64,000 bases of DNA from Giardia intestinalis (taxonomy: Eukaryota): assembly GCA_000002435.2 (NCBI GenBank), contig CM018793.1; one strand, 5' to 3'. The notes beneath the pieces are model-generated. The model saw nothing but the letters and a program-made list of their open reading frames with translations, did not search any database and was not told the origin of the DNA. Both the position numbers and the translations under genes were made by a program. Position 1 is the first letter of the stretch. Every line of letters starts with the position of its first letter. Below, piece by piece: positions 10,301-19,634 of the stretch.

Positions 10301-12098
10301 TAGCGAGGCAGAGGCTTTTGAAGACCCACCTGTTCCGAAGTCGAGGGAGCTCGTTTCCTCTCCGTACGTGGCGCAAGACCCTATTGTAGAGGTATACGGT
10401 GCACACCAATATCAGTCAGCGTGTTTGCTACTCAGCAGTTCCTCAGTTGCGTCTTTCCGCAGTAGACGAGCCACCGGATGAGGCTCCCACAATCCACACG
10501 ATTAGCTTTATAGTGCTCTGTAGATGGCCATCCACCCTCACCAGGGGATGACTACATGCATTACGCAGTTTGAGGTACTTGGCAACCAAGGTGGCATAGT
10601 TAGCTCTTGCCCACTCAAGCTAGACCTCAACCACCTTGCCAACTACATTCCAAGTCACGGTGTTTATAGATGTCCACCTCAAGTCTGCAAGGTGCATCCC
10701 ACGACTGCACAGCGCGGATAGAACCCTTTACCTGCTATAAGAGGCGCCAACCAGTTTGCTGCATCTGGATATCCCTTGTGCGCCCAACGGAGACTTAATG
10801 GATCACATTGCTGTGCACACCAGCCTCTCTGCTCGCGAGCTGCTTTAAGGCTCTCTCATTGTCTCGCCTCCACATGGTTGTCAGACTACCAAGCACTTTG
10901 TAACGTCAGCTGATCACCCGAGATATCAAGCTTTCGTACAGCGGGTTGCTCAATGTGACACGAAATCTAGAGGGCACTGACTTTCTTAGCTTGCTGTCCA
11001 TATAGCACTATCATCAATCTTCAGTCCAGTTGACCAGCACACAGTCCGTTCTCTGGCCAGCCAACCGGGCCTAGTCTTGCTGGTAGACTTTCGAGCATAA
11101 GAGTATCCCCTGACAGCGGTGGCCACGCTGTGTGCCTTGCCCAAATGATCACTCTCGGCAATGGCTCCAGGACCTGGGCACCCCAGACCAGAGGGACGAC
11201 AACGGCCCAGTTCGTCTACGGCTCCACTATCCCTTAGTTAGCATGGAGTGTGGCAGCCCAGATAGCGCTGGCCGTCCGGTATCACCTTTTCTCCGGTGCG
11301 CGGGGGTAGCCCTCGTGTGAGAGGCGCTGTGATATGTTGGCTGGAGCCGGTCAGGCGAGCGGGACCACCGCTCTAGAAGTGCTGGCACATCATTGCGTGT
11401 CCGAAGGCGTGCCCACCTCAGTGGGACCATCCCAGATGAGGACGAACGGGTACCGGTTCCTTCAGAGGGGCCTGCGACCAGCGAGGGACAGTCTTTAAAG
11501 ACGATCGGCCGGCAGAACCTGCTTCAGTGGCATAGGAGTCGACAGGGGGCAGGCTTATCGACGGTCTGCGGTGCAACCAGGTTAAGTCGTATGACAGACG
11601 GACATCCATCCGTTCGCGGTGGGCATGTTGCGTGTCCCTAAGCAGAGGGGGCAGTCGTAGTGAGTCGCGATAGAACACGCAGCCATCCTCCACGGGGCAT
11701 CGCTCCTGCCGGGCCTCAATGTAGGACCTCGACAAGCAGTGTCTGAGGCATCTGCTTGTGATGACCCGTGGCTCGGGCTGCTGGGGATCGCACGGCCGGC
11801 TCCATCGGGTCGCTGGTCAGACATCCAGGAGAGCCTAGGAGTCCCTTGGCAGACCTTGTGACTGGCACAGCAGGAGAACTGGTCGCCAGGAGACCCTCAC
11901 ATCACAGCGAAGAGCGAGGCAGACCACTGTCTAGCAGTTACCATGCGATGCGCCTTGCAACACAGAGGAGGGGCCTGCACTGATCGATCCATCTCACAGC
12001 CAGCCAGTCACATGAAAGTCGAATCAGCACGACCCCACCTCTCAGTGCAGACCCATGCGGAGGGCCTTCCTTGCCAGTGCGTCATGTAGCACAGACAG

Positions 12099-13943
12099 AT
12101 GCCACGAAGGGGCGGACTAGTGAACAGAGCTGTCATGGCCTGTGTGACAGACGCTGGCACAATGTTCTACGCAGTTTTGCTGATCGGCCTCATGCTCGAG
12201 ATGGCACGGGCAGCGCAAGCCGGAGACGAATGCGAAGAGGTAACTGGCAGCGAACCCAACACTTGCAAGGCCTGTAGCGCCGTCATCAACGGCAAGAAGT
12301 ACTGCTCGCAGTGCAACAGCGGTGGGTCTCAATCTGCCCCGACGGACGGCAAGTGCACAACAGACAACAACGAATGTAGCCAAAAACAAGATGGGAAGTG
12401 TACACAGTGCGCTAATAAATCCTTCATGTACAAGGGCGGATGCTACAAGGATAGCCAGGCACCTGGCAACACGATGTGTGAAACAGCAACTGATGGAGTG
12501 TGCACGCAGGCTAAGGCTGGGTACTTCCTACCACCCGATGCTGATAGAGATAATGCACACCAATCGGTCATACCATGTGGAGATGACACAGTAGTAACGC
12601 TTGGAAATAGCAAACAGTACAAGGGCGTACCGCACTGCACTCAGTGTGAGAAGCCCACAGAGGCAAGTGATACTACTACTGCCAAGGCTGCGACGTGCAC
12701 GGCTTGTGAGGACGGGTTCTTTGGGGCTACTTGTGAAGCATGCCAAGACGAGAATTGCGCTACGTGTGCCATGACAGGCAATAACAAGTGCAGTAAGTGT
12801 AAAGGAACTGGTACTAAGACATATCTGAAAGTGGACAGTGGCAGCACAGGCACGTGCGTCGAAGCATCTGGATGTACAGCGGCTACGTTTCCAAAGGTCG
12901 ATGAACAACAGGGAAACAAGTGCGCTGCATGTAATAGTGTGCCAGATGGTGGAATCGCTAATTGTGCGACGTGCAGTCTGCTCACTCAAGGATCTAGAGC
13001 CGCCCCTTTGGTCACATGCTTGACGTGTGAACAAAATAAGTATCTCACTCCAGAAAAGAATGCGTGCTTAGATACCTGCCCTGCTGGAATGTATGCCGTT
13101 AGTGGCGATAGCGGCAATGTTTGTACCCCCTGCCACGAGTCGTGCGCAAGCTGTAGCAATGACGCAGCAACGTCGTGCACGGCCTGCTATCCGGGGCATG
13201 TGCTGAGTCGGTCGTCTGGTGACGCAGGAACGTGCATAAAAGAGTGCACGGGAGACTTTATGGCCCACTGCAAGGCCGACGGCTGCTCACTGAACGTCGG
13301 AGGCTCGAAGTACTGCGATCAGTGCGAGGAGGGGTACGCCCCAGTCGACGGCGTCTGCACATCCATACCTGCAACAGCGAGAGATGCCTCCGGATGTAAG
13401 GCAAGTGGCGGGAAATGCACTGAGTGTGGGGCAAACTACGCTCTGTTATCGGGCGGATGCTACAACACACAGAAGCTTCCTGGTAGCTCTGTGTGTACGG
13501 CTGCACAGAATAAGGGACAATGCCAAACGTGTGCCAATGGACAAAGCCCAGCTGGAGGAAAATGTCCGGCGTGTACTGAAGGATGTGTGAAGTGTGCGGG
13601 TAGTAAGGAAACCTGCACAGATTGCTTAGCAGGGTATTACAAAGGTGCCGGTGATAAATGCTTCAAATGCACGGATAGTGATAAGGCTAGCTCTAATGCA
13701 ATAACTGGTGTAGAAAACTGCATAAGCTGTGCCCCGCCAGCTGGTGGCAATGGCCCTGTCACCTGTTACGTAACGCAACAAAAGGCTGACGATGGCACCG
13801 GCGGAGATACTGGAGGAGACAGCACGAACAAGAGCGGCCTCTCCACGGGCGCCATCGCGGGGATCTCCGTCGCTGTGGTCGCTGTCGTGGGGGGCCTCGT
13901 GGGCTTCCTCTGCTGGTGGTTCCTCTGCCGGGGGAAGGCGTGA
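12099..13943 (+). CDS. VSP: Variant-specific surface protein (VSP), 614 aa as printed
   Basis: The ectodomain is dense in CXXC motifs. There is a GGCY motif, a C-terminal TM, and the invariant tail [16 protein letters not shown]. The stop codon is directly followed by ACTTAGGTAGTGAA. The hydrophobic signal peptide begins at the third in-frame Met ([20 protein letters not shown], nt 12162), so the real start may be 12162. Confidence 0.9.
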   Translation: MPRRGGLVNRAVMACVTDAGTMFYAVLLIGLMLEMARAAQAGDECEEVTGSEPNTCKACSAVINGKKYCSQCNSGGSQSAPTDGKCTTDNNECSQKQDGKCTQCANKSFMYKGGCYKDSQAPGNTMCETATDGVCTQAKAGYFLPPDADRDNAHQSVIPCGDDTVVTLGNSKQYKGVPHCTQCEKPTEASDTTTAKAATCTACEDGFFGATCEACQDENCATCAMTGNNKCSKCKGTGTKTYLKVDSGSTGTCVEASGCTAATFPKVDEQQGNKCAACNSVPDGGIANCATCSLLTQGSRAAPLVTCLTCEQNKYLTPEKNACLDTCPAGMYAVSGDSGNVCTPCHESCASCSNDAATSCTACYPGHVLSRSSGDAGTCIKECTGDFMAHCKADGCSLNVGGSKYCDQCEEGYAPVDGVCTSIPATARDASGCKASGGKCTECGANYALLSGGCYNTQKLPGSSVCTAAQNKGQCQTCANGQSPAGGKCPACTEGCVKCAGSKETCTDCLAGYYKGAGDKCFKCTDSDKASSNAITGVENCISCAPPAGGNGPVTCYVTQQKADDGTGGDTGGDSTNKSGLSTGAIAGISVAVVAVVGGLVGFLCWWFLCRGKA

Positions 13944-13959
13944 CTTAGGTAGTGAATGC
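13943..13959 (+). promoter_or_regulatory. Conserved VSP 3' element / extended poly(A) signal (ACTTAGGTAGTGAATGC; AGTGAA core)
   Basis: It lies immediately after the TGA of VSP1. The same motif follows both of the other VSP-type 3' ends in this window. AGTRAA is the known Giardia polyadenylation signal. Confidence 0.7.
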
Positions 13960-13974
13960 TGTACAGTGATAGTG

Positions 13975-14214
13975 ATAGTGCTATGTGGTGTGACATGCTC
14001 TGTGGGTGACTGCAAGAGCTGTGTGATGGATGATGTGTGTGGGGAGTGCAGCGATGGGTTCAGCATAGAGGGTGGCAGGTGTGTGTCTTCTGGCACCAAC
14101 AGGAGCGGGCTCAGCGCGGATGCCATCGCGGGGATCTCTGTGGCTGTCGTCGTCGTCGTCGGAGGGCTTGTCGGCTTCCTCTGCTGGTGGTTCGTGTGCA
14201 GAGGAAAAGCGTAG
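13975..14214 (+). pseudogene. Truncated VSP. Only the C-terminal ~80 codons remain: last CXXC motifs, TM, CRGKA.
   Basis: It translates to ...[76 protein letters not shown]. It starts only 30 bp after the VSP1 stop. It has no signal peptide or N-terminal domain. The Met at 13792 in the ORF track lies inside VSP1 in another frame. The relic is followed by ACTTAGGTAGTAAAT. Confidence 0.7.
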
Positions 14215-14760
14215 ATGTACTTAGGTAGTAAATACGTCACTGTATAAGCCTATCACTCCTGTTTCCAGGGCCTCGCCTGTAGGTGCATTCAAGGATCTCA
14301 CGGGCAATTCTTATTCAATTTCTGGCCGTCCGGAGATGAGGGTTGGTTTTGGATAACATAACGAGAGAGTCCTCTCCAGTGATATATCCAGAGCCTAGCG
14401 CCTTCCCCGGTCGCTCCGCAGGGGTGTGCTCAGACCGAATGCGTACTTCGGTCCTTTCGGGGTTCAGGCCTTCTTACGGACTCTCTGGTCCACCAATGGC
14501 GCCTCTTCTTGGTCTTCCTTCGTGGCGGGTGAAGCTCCGGTCGCTGTCTTTTTTAGATGCCCCGTCTGTCGGGGGCTGCCATCGGGCTCTCCGCTGGCTG
14601 GGCCCCTCGGTGTCCGTCCGGCTGTGTCCCGGGCAGCGCTCTACAGTCGCGGTCACGTAGGTCCCAGTGGGCCGGCTGGTGGGTGGGGCGGGGGTATGGG
14701 GCGGTGAGGCTGGAGGGGCTCTGGTGGGACCAGGTGGTGGGTGTTCGTATGTGCCCCTGA
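14095..14760 (+). repeat. Inverted-repeat arm A (VSP 3' coding end plus ~550 bp of downstream flank)
   Basis: Its reverse complement matches 16375-17060. Identical translated strings appear in opposite-strand ORFs on the two arms: QSRSRRSQWAGWWVGRGYGAVRLEGLWWDQVVGVRMCP, YEHPPPGPTRAPPASPPHTPAPPTSRPTGTYVTATV and FPGRSAGVCS. I also checked a nucleotide alignment by eye. It is about 80-90% identical, with one indel block of about 60 bp. Confidence 0.8.
14219..14236 (+). promoter_or_regulatory. VSP 3' element / poly(A) signal (ACTTAGGTAGTAAATACG)
   Basis: It comes directly after the TAG of the truncated VSP. Confidence 0.6.
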
Positions 14761-16374
14761 GCTCCTGATGAGTGGGGTGATCGCAGCTGTGGTGACTGGG
14801 GGCTGTCCATCTGTGACTCACCCCTCTGTGTGCTCGTGGTCTGTGAGTGCCTCCACCCAGACAACGCCTCAGGAGCCGTGCACACCGGGACAGAGAGGAT
14901 GACCAAGGGGGTCAAGCAGCCCCGCTACGAGAGATGAGAGTGCACAGCAACCAGCCTGATCTGCAGGGCTGCTCGAGCGATGTAGTGGTAGACGGCTCCC
15001 TCTGACAGCGACCCTGGTGACTGCACTGGCCTGCTCTCGAGGCTGAGTGACAGTGTGCACAGATGGACCTGAGTGCAGGAGGACCATCCACACACGAACA
15101 GACTGTGTAGACCCAGAGAGGACTGGAGTCTGCTCGGGACACGCTGACTGTGCCCCCATACGAGAGCACCAGGCAACCACCCGAGCACCCGAGAGGCAAC
15201 AACAGACACGGGCACCAGAGATCCCCAACCAGATACATTGCTACGCTCATCCACAGGGGCATCAGAGGACCAGGTGGGGTCACCCTCACAGTCAGGGCCT
15301 GATAGGAAGCCAGAGGACTCACGCAGCACAGTAGGTCCAAGGGAGGCACACTCCAGGCAGGTGAGCAGTGGCAGAGCCCTGACAGCTGCCAGCCCCCATG
15401 ACACCCAGGCAGGCACCAGACTCACCGAAGACTCCGCTGGCCTCGACTGTCTTCATTGATGACCCGAGGGGGCAGCAGCCAGAGGAGTGAGGAGGCCTTC
15501 GGACGCCACAAGAGGCCCGGCTGTCCAGCAGGCTACGAGGCAGACAGGTGACCTCTGAGCACCACCCAGGCACAGAGCCGACCATCAGAGTGATGCCCGA
15601 TCACAGAGATGATCACGAGCACCCTCCACTGCACTCTGAGGGGCTGTCAATCATCCCAGCTGCCTCTCATAGCAGACCTCCTTGGGGGCAGTGCAGTGGG
15701 TCCCAGCTCATGCAGGAGGGTGCACGCCCCTCGGCATAGGATGCCCCGGCTCTCCCCGAGGGGTCATCAGAGCCACGAGAGGTGTTAAGGTTAGTAGACC
15801 ACACCGGGAACTCCCGAGGGCACAGCAGGTGATGTTGGGTGATCCTCAGCGTGCTCCTCTCTGATGGTAGAGCATCCTGAGACCAAGGAGGCTCACCTCT
15901 GCCTACGGACGACACACAGCGCTCCACAACGAGGACCCACCAGGAGCAGCACAGCTGGTCACGGGGATAGTGCAGCCACCCGGTGCCCCACCATGCCAGT
16001 CTTCTGGGCCATCACACTAGAGGCACGAGAGAATCCATCCCATCCACAGGCTCATCCACACCCCTGCTGGCCCGAGGTGAACTACCGTCGAGGCACTGGA
16101 CAGGGCATGCCAGGGGCTCAGCAGATCCACACAGAGCATCAGCACAGAGCATCAGCGAGTAGCAGGAGAGGCTGCGATGGCCTGCCTCAACCCTCACGCA
16201 CCAGCCAGACAGAGAGGCAGTACTGCCCGAGACAAGGGGCCAAGGGAGGCGCTCAGTCAGGGGGACACGACACGATCGTCGGTGCCTGTGTCTTGGAGTG
16301 CAACGAAGGCTGGGGATCAGACACAACCACCTTAGCAAACAGAGCGGGGATCACCCACCACCCCACTGGCCCAC

Positions 16375-17060
16375 TAGACCCAGGGACACATACGAACACC
16401 CACCACCTGGTCCCACCAGAGCCCCTCCAGCCTCACCGCCCCATACCCCCGCCCCACCCACCAGCCGGCCCACTGGGACCTACGTGACCGCGACTGTGGG
16501 ACCACTGCCCAGAACCACAGCCGGACGGACACCGAGGGGCCCAGCCAGCGGAGAGCCCGGTGGCAGCCCCTGACAGACGGGGCATCTAAAAAGGACAGCG
16601 ACCCGGGCTTCACCCACCGTGAAGGAAGACCAAGGAGAGGCGCCACTGGTGGACGATGTACATGGTGAGTAAGCGGAATCCCAGGCCGACTGAGCAAGCA
16701 TTCCCGGGTGTGCACACTCAGCTGAGCACACCCCTGCGGAGCGACCAGGGAAGGTGCCAGGTTTTAGATATACTAAAAGAGAGGAGCTCCTCGTTATATC
16801 ATCCACAACCAACCTTTGTCTCCGGACACGGCCAAAGGAGCGAGAATTTATTCGTGAGATTTCTGGATCGTACCTACAAGCACCCGGTAGCACATCCATA
16901 TAAGCTACATAAAGTAACGCGTTTACTACCTAAGTCTACGCCTTCCCCCTGCAGAGGAACCACCAGCAGAGGAAGCCCACGAGACCCCCCACAACGACGA
17001 TGACTGCGACGGAGATCCCCGCGATGGCGCCAGTGGAGAGCCCGCTCTTGTTCGTGCTAC
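16375..17060 (-). repeat. Inverted-repeat arm B (3' end of VSP2 plus downstream flank)
   Basis: This is the partner of arm A. See that entry. Confidence 0.8.
16921..16935 (-). promoter_or_regulatory. VSP 3' element / poly(A) signal (ACTTAGGTAGTAAAC on the minus strand)
   Basis: It is the reverse complement of gtttactacctaagt, and it lies immediately 3' of the VSP2 stop. Confidence 0.7.
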
Positions 17061-18168
17061 CACCGGCACTGTCACCGTTCATGAGGTAGCAGAGAACGGA
17101 GCCAGTACTAGACGATGGAGGAGCGCAGCTCATGCAGCCAGCAACTCCCTTGACACTTCCACTGTTGCTGTCACACGAAGTGCATGGTCCAGCTGCTGAT
17201 CCGACCATATAGTACCCAGCTGCGCATGACGTACACTGGTCAGAGCTATCTGCAGCTGAACATGTATTACAGGTTGAATGACACGAGGGGCATGCTCCAT
17301 CATTGGGCCGAAGACTATTAGCACATGTTTCGCACTTACCCCTGCTATCAGCTAATGTGCATATCTGTTTGCCTGGCTGCTTGGTAGTTTCATAGCAGCC
17401 GCCTTCCTTGAGGAAGTAGTTAGCGGCGCATTTGGTACATGCTCCATTATTCATTTCAGTACAGAAAGCTACTCGTGCGTTACTTGTTGTACAGACCCCG
17501 TTCAGAGGAGCCTGATTATCCACTGAGCACTGGGAGCAGTAGTCTGTCCCGCCGATCCTTGCCCCACAGACCTTACATCCGTTCTTGTCCGCCGTACACG
17601 CATCCCCGCAGGTGCCCCCTTGCACAGGATCACTACTTTTGTATATTAATGCCTTGCCAGCAGGACAAGCACTACACTGATTGTTGGCTGGCCCAACGCA
17701 CTCAGCGCACTCAGGGCTGCATGCCTTACACTTCCTGTCAGTATCTCCATAGTATCCGCTGATGGTCGTGCAGTCAGGTATGCACTGGTTTGTTGGAGTG
17801 AGATAATTGTTGTCATTACATTCAGTGCAGACCTCTCTGTCAGTCTTCGGGTTATCACAGGCCTTGCAGTTGGGAGTATTGCAGGCCCCTGCCTTCGGAA
17901 CACACGTGAGCCCGTCCTCTGACGGCTGGTACGTCTCCGTGCACGTGCAGATTCCTCCTGCCTCGTTTGCGTTATCGGGGCACTTCGCTATGCAGCCCTT
18001 TCCGTTCGGCTGGACCTTCTGTCCGACCGTCGCACAGCCCGTGCATGTCTGCTCGCCCCCAGGAGGCGTTGCGCACGTGCTACAGCCGGGTATCGGTGGG
18101 TCACAGGCCGTTTTCGGGCCGATTCCTGCTAGAACCGTTGTGCACACTAAAAGAATTACTGCCAACAT
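16936..18168 (-). CDS. VSP: Variant-specific surface protein (VSP), 410 aa
   Basis: The N-terminal signal peptide is MLAVILLVCTTVLAG. The ectodomain is CXXC-rich, followed by a TM and the tail [12 protein letters not shown]. The ATG at 18168 was verified. The upstream region is AT-rich. Confidence 0.9.
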   Translation of the reverse strand: MLAVILLVCTTVLAGIGPKTACDPPIPGCSTCATPPGGEQTCTGCATVGQKVQPNGKGCIAKCPDNANEAGGICTCTETYQPSEDGLTCVPKAGACNTPNCKACDNPKTDREVCTECNDNNYLTPTNQCIPDCTTISGYYGDTDRKCKACSPECAECVGPANNQCSACPAGKALIYKSSDPVQGGTCGDACTADKNGCKVCGARIGGTDYCSQCSVDNQAPLNGVCTTSNARVAFCTEMNNGACTKCAANYFLKEGGCYETTKQPGKQICTLADSRGKCETCANSLRPNDGACPSCHSTCNTCSAADSSDQCTSCAAGYYMVGSAAGPCTSCDSNSGSVKGVAGCMSCAPPSSSTGSVLCYLMNGDSAGGSTNKSGLSTGAIAGISVAVIVVVGGLVGFLCWWFLCRGKA

Positions 18169-18439
18169 TAAGTTTAAGCTTACGCTCGATTATTATTCTC
18201 TTCAATTAAGCTTATAATTAATCCATAAGTTATAGACAAACCACTGTTACCTTTTGATAAATCAATTAGAATGGAAAAGAATAAAATCAAGAGCACACCT
18301 ACCAGAGGCCGGCTGATAGTGCGGTTCTCCCTGGCTTCAATAGAAACAGGATGAGTGAGGGCTAGACTCAGATCGTGCGTCCCTGCGGAAACTAATAATT
18401 GTTCAGAGATGCATTCCTATACATTGCTGTCAGTATGTT

Positions 18440-18486
18440 TGTCGACTTTTTTGCAGAGGCAAGGTGTAGATTTAGGTAGTAAATGC
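18440..18486 (+). pseudogene. Orphan VSP tail relic (…FCRGKV-stop followed by ATTTAGGTAGTAAATGC)
   Basis: The sequence ttt tgc aga ggc aag gtg tag translates to FCRGKV*, and the conserved VSP 3' motif follows it. There is no VSP body upstream. It lies about 270 bp beyond the 5' end of VSP2, on the opposite strand. Confidence 0.5.
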
Positions 18487-19634
18487 GTTAACTGATATGT
18501 GCAGATCCCTCTGTGCCCAGCTCGGGCTCCTCAGTAGCATACCTGGATCTGATGGATAGAGAAGCACACCTACTATAAGCATCTCTTGCTGATGGCCTGT
18601 AACCACCTTTTACAGTCCAGTGTGCATCCTCTAGTGCTCCACTTCCCCCTGTGGCCAGTGTATCTCTAGGGCGAAGCAGACTCTTTTGAAAAGGTATTGA
18701 CCTAGCACCATGAAGGAGCGCGGGGCACTGCACTGGGCCCGTACACAGGTCAGAGGCCCGTAGTTGTAGGTCAGCAAGATCCCGGTGCGACGGTCGGGTG
18801 CTCGTCCATCAGAGCTCTCAGGATGGTGGCCAGGGGGCAGGAGCGACGCCTTTCTTGTCGGTCGCGACGCTGGTCAGTTGTCGATGCAAAATGTGCAAGG
18901 CCCCACAGGCGAGGAGCACAGAAGGGCACAGGGAGCGTAAGGCCACCAGCAACTCGTAACTTTTTATATCTTGGTGGCCGGTCTCAGCACTTCGTAGGTG
19001 CAGATATGAGAAGCTGGGCCGAGTGATCTGCTGGTGGAGGGGCCGACACACACTTCTCTAAGGGTTCTGCCATGGGTGACGACGATGGTAGGCCGCACCA
19101 CTGCAGGACCGACGCACGCCAGAAATAGATGAAAGGCTCGCAAGCAGGTGCAGACTGGAGCGCCAGCCGCTGGCCGGATCACCCGCACAGGCACGCTCTG
19201 GTTACTTCAATAGATGGTTCAGTGGCACCTTAACGGAAAACACTGCTGCGCTCCACTTGCTGGCCATTTGAGGCACGCAGGTTCGATTGGTCCCAGGGCC
19301 ACCGCTAAGCGTGGCATGACAGGCTATCTCCCAACATCGGGCGGCGGTAAGACTCACGCCTACTTTTAGCCAACTGAGCTCGAAGCAATCCATGCCCTTG
19401 CGGGTCCATACTGGCGTGGTCTGTACAGCTATGCGCAGTGATGCATAACAGACCTCGGAACCGTAGACACCCTGGGCGCGCCCCTTGCTGCGCAGGGCCA
19501 GGGACGCCGGGCGTTTTTAGGCTGTCTACCTGGATAGGGTTGTATTCTGGAATGAATAGTAAAATGAAACGCGCTCCAGCGTTCATGCTTAATCGAAGCA
19601 TAATACATCACTCCAATAAATTGAATGCAAGATC

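Noticed and set aside
12117-13034. Several 60-170 aa ORFs on the minus strand inside VSP1. Similar antisense ORFs lie inside VSP2, the 19635 gene, the 25238 gene, the 30692 gene and others.
   Set aside because: They are antisense or out-of-frame shadows of long, well-supported genes. Cys- and GC-rich coding DNA generates open frames on the opposite strand. None has protein-like composition.
13792-13974. 5' portion of the ORF 13792..14214 as printed in the track
   Set aside because: Its first 60 codons overlap the 3' end of VSP1 in a different frame. Only the part after about 13975 is VSP-homologous, so it is annotated as a headless relic rather than a 140-aa protein.
14343-16899. Numerous 60-200 aa ORFs in the VSP 3' flanks and spacer, for example MVLDNITRESSPV... 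and MDVLPGACRYDP...
   Set aside because: They fall inside the inverted-repeat arms and the GC-rich spacer. The same peptides appear on opposite strands of the two arms only because the DNA is repeated. The composition is Pro/Arg/His-rich and not protein-like.
19195-19300. tRNA-like fragments (GGTTCGATTGG T-loop-like string; AGCTCAGTTGGCTA D-arm-like string on the other strand)
   Set aside because: I could not build a cloverleaf from them. The T-stem halves are not complementary, and no acceptor stem or anticodon arm fits. They are probably chance matches.
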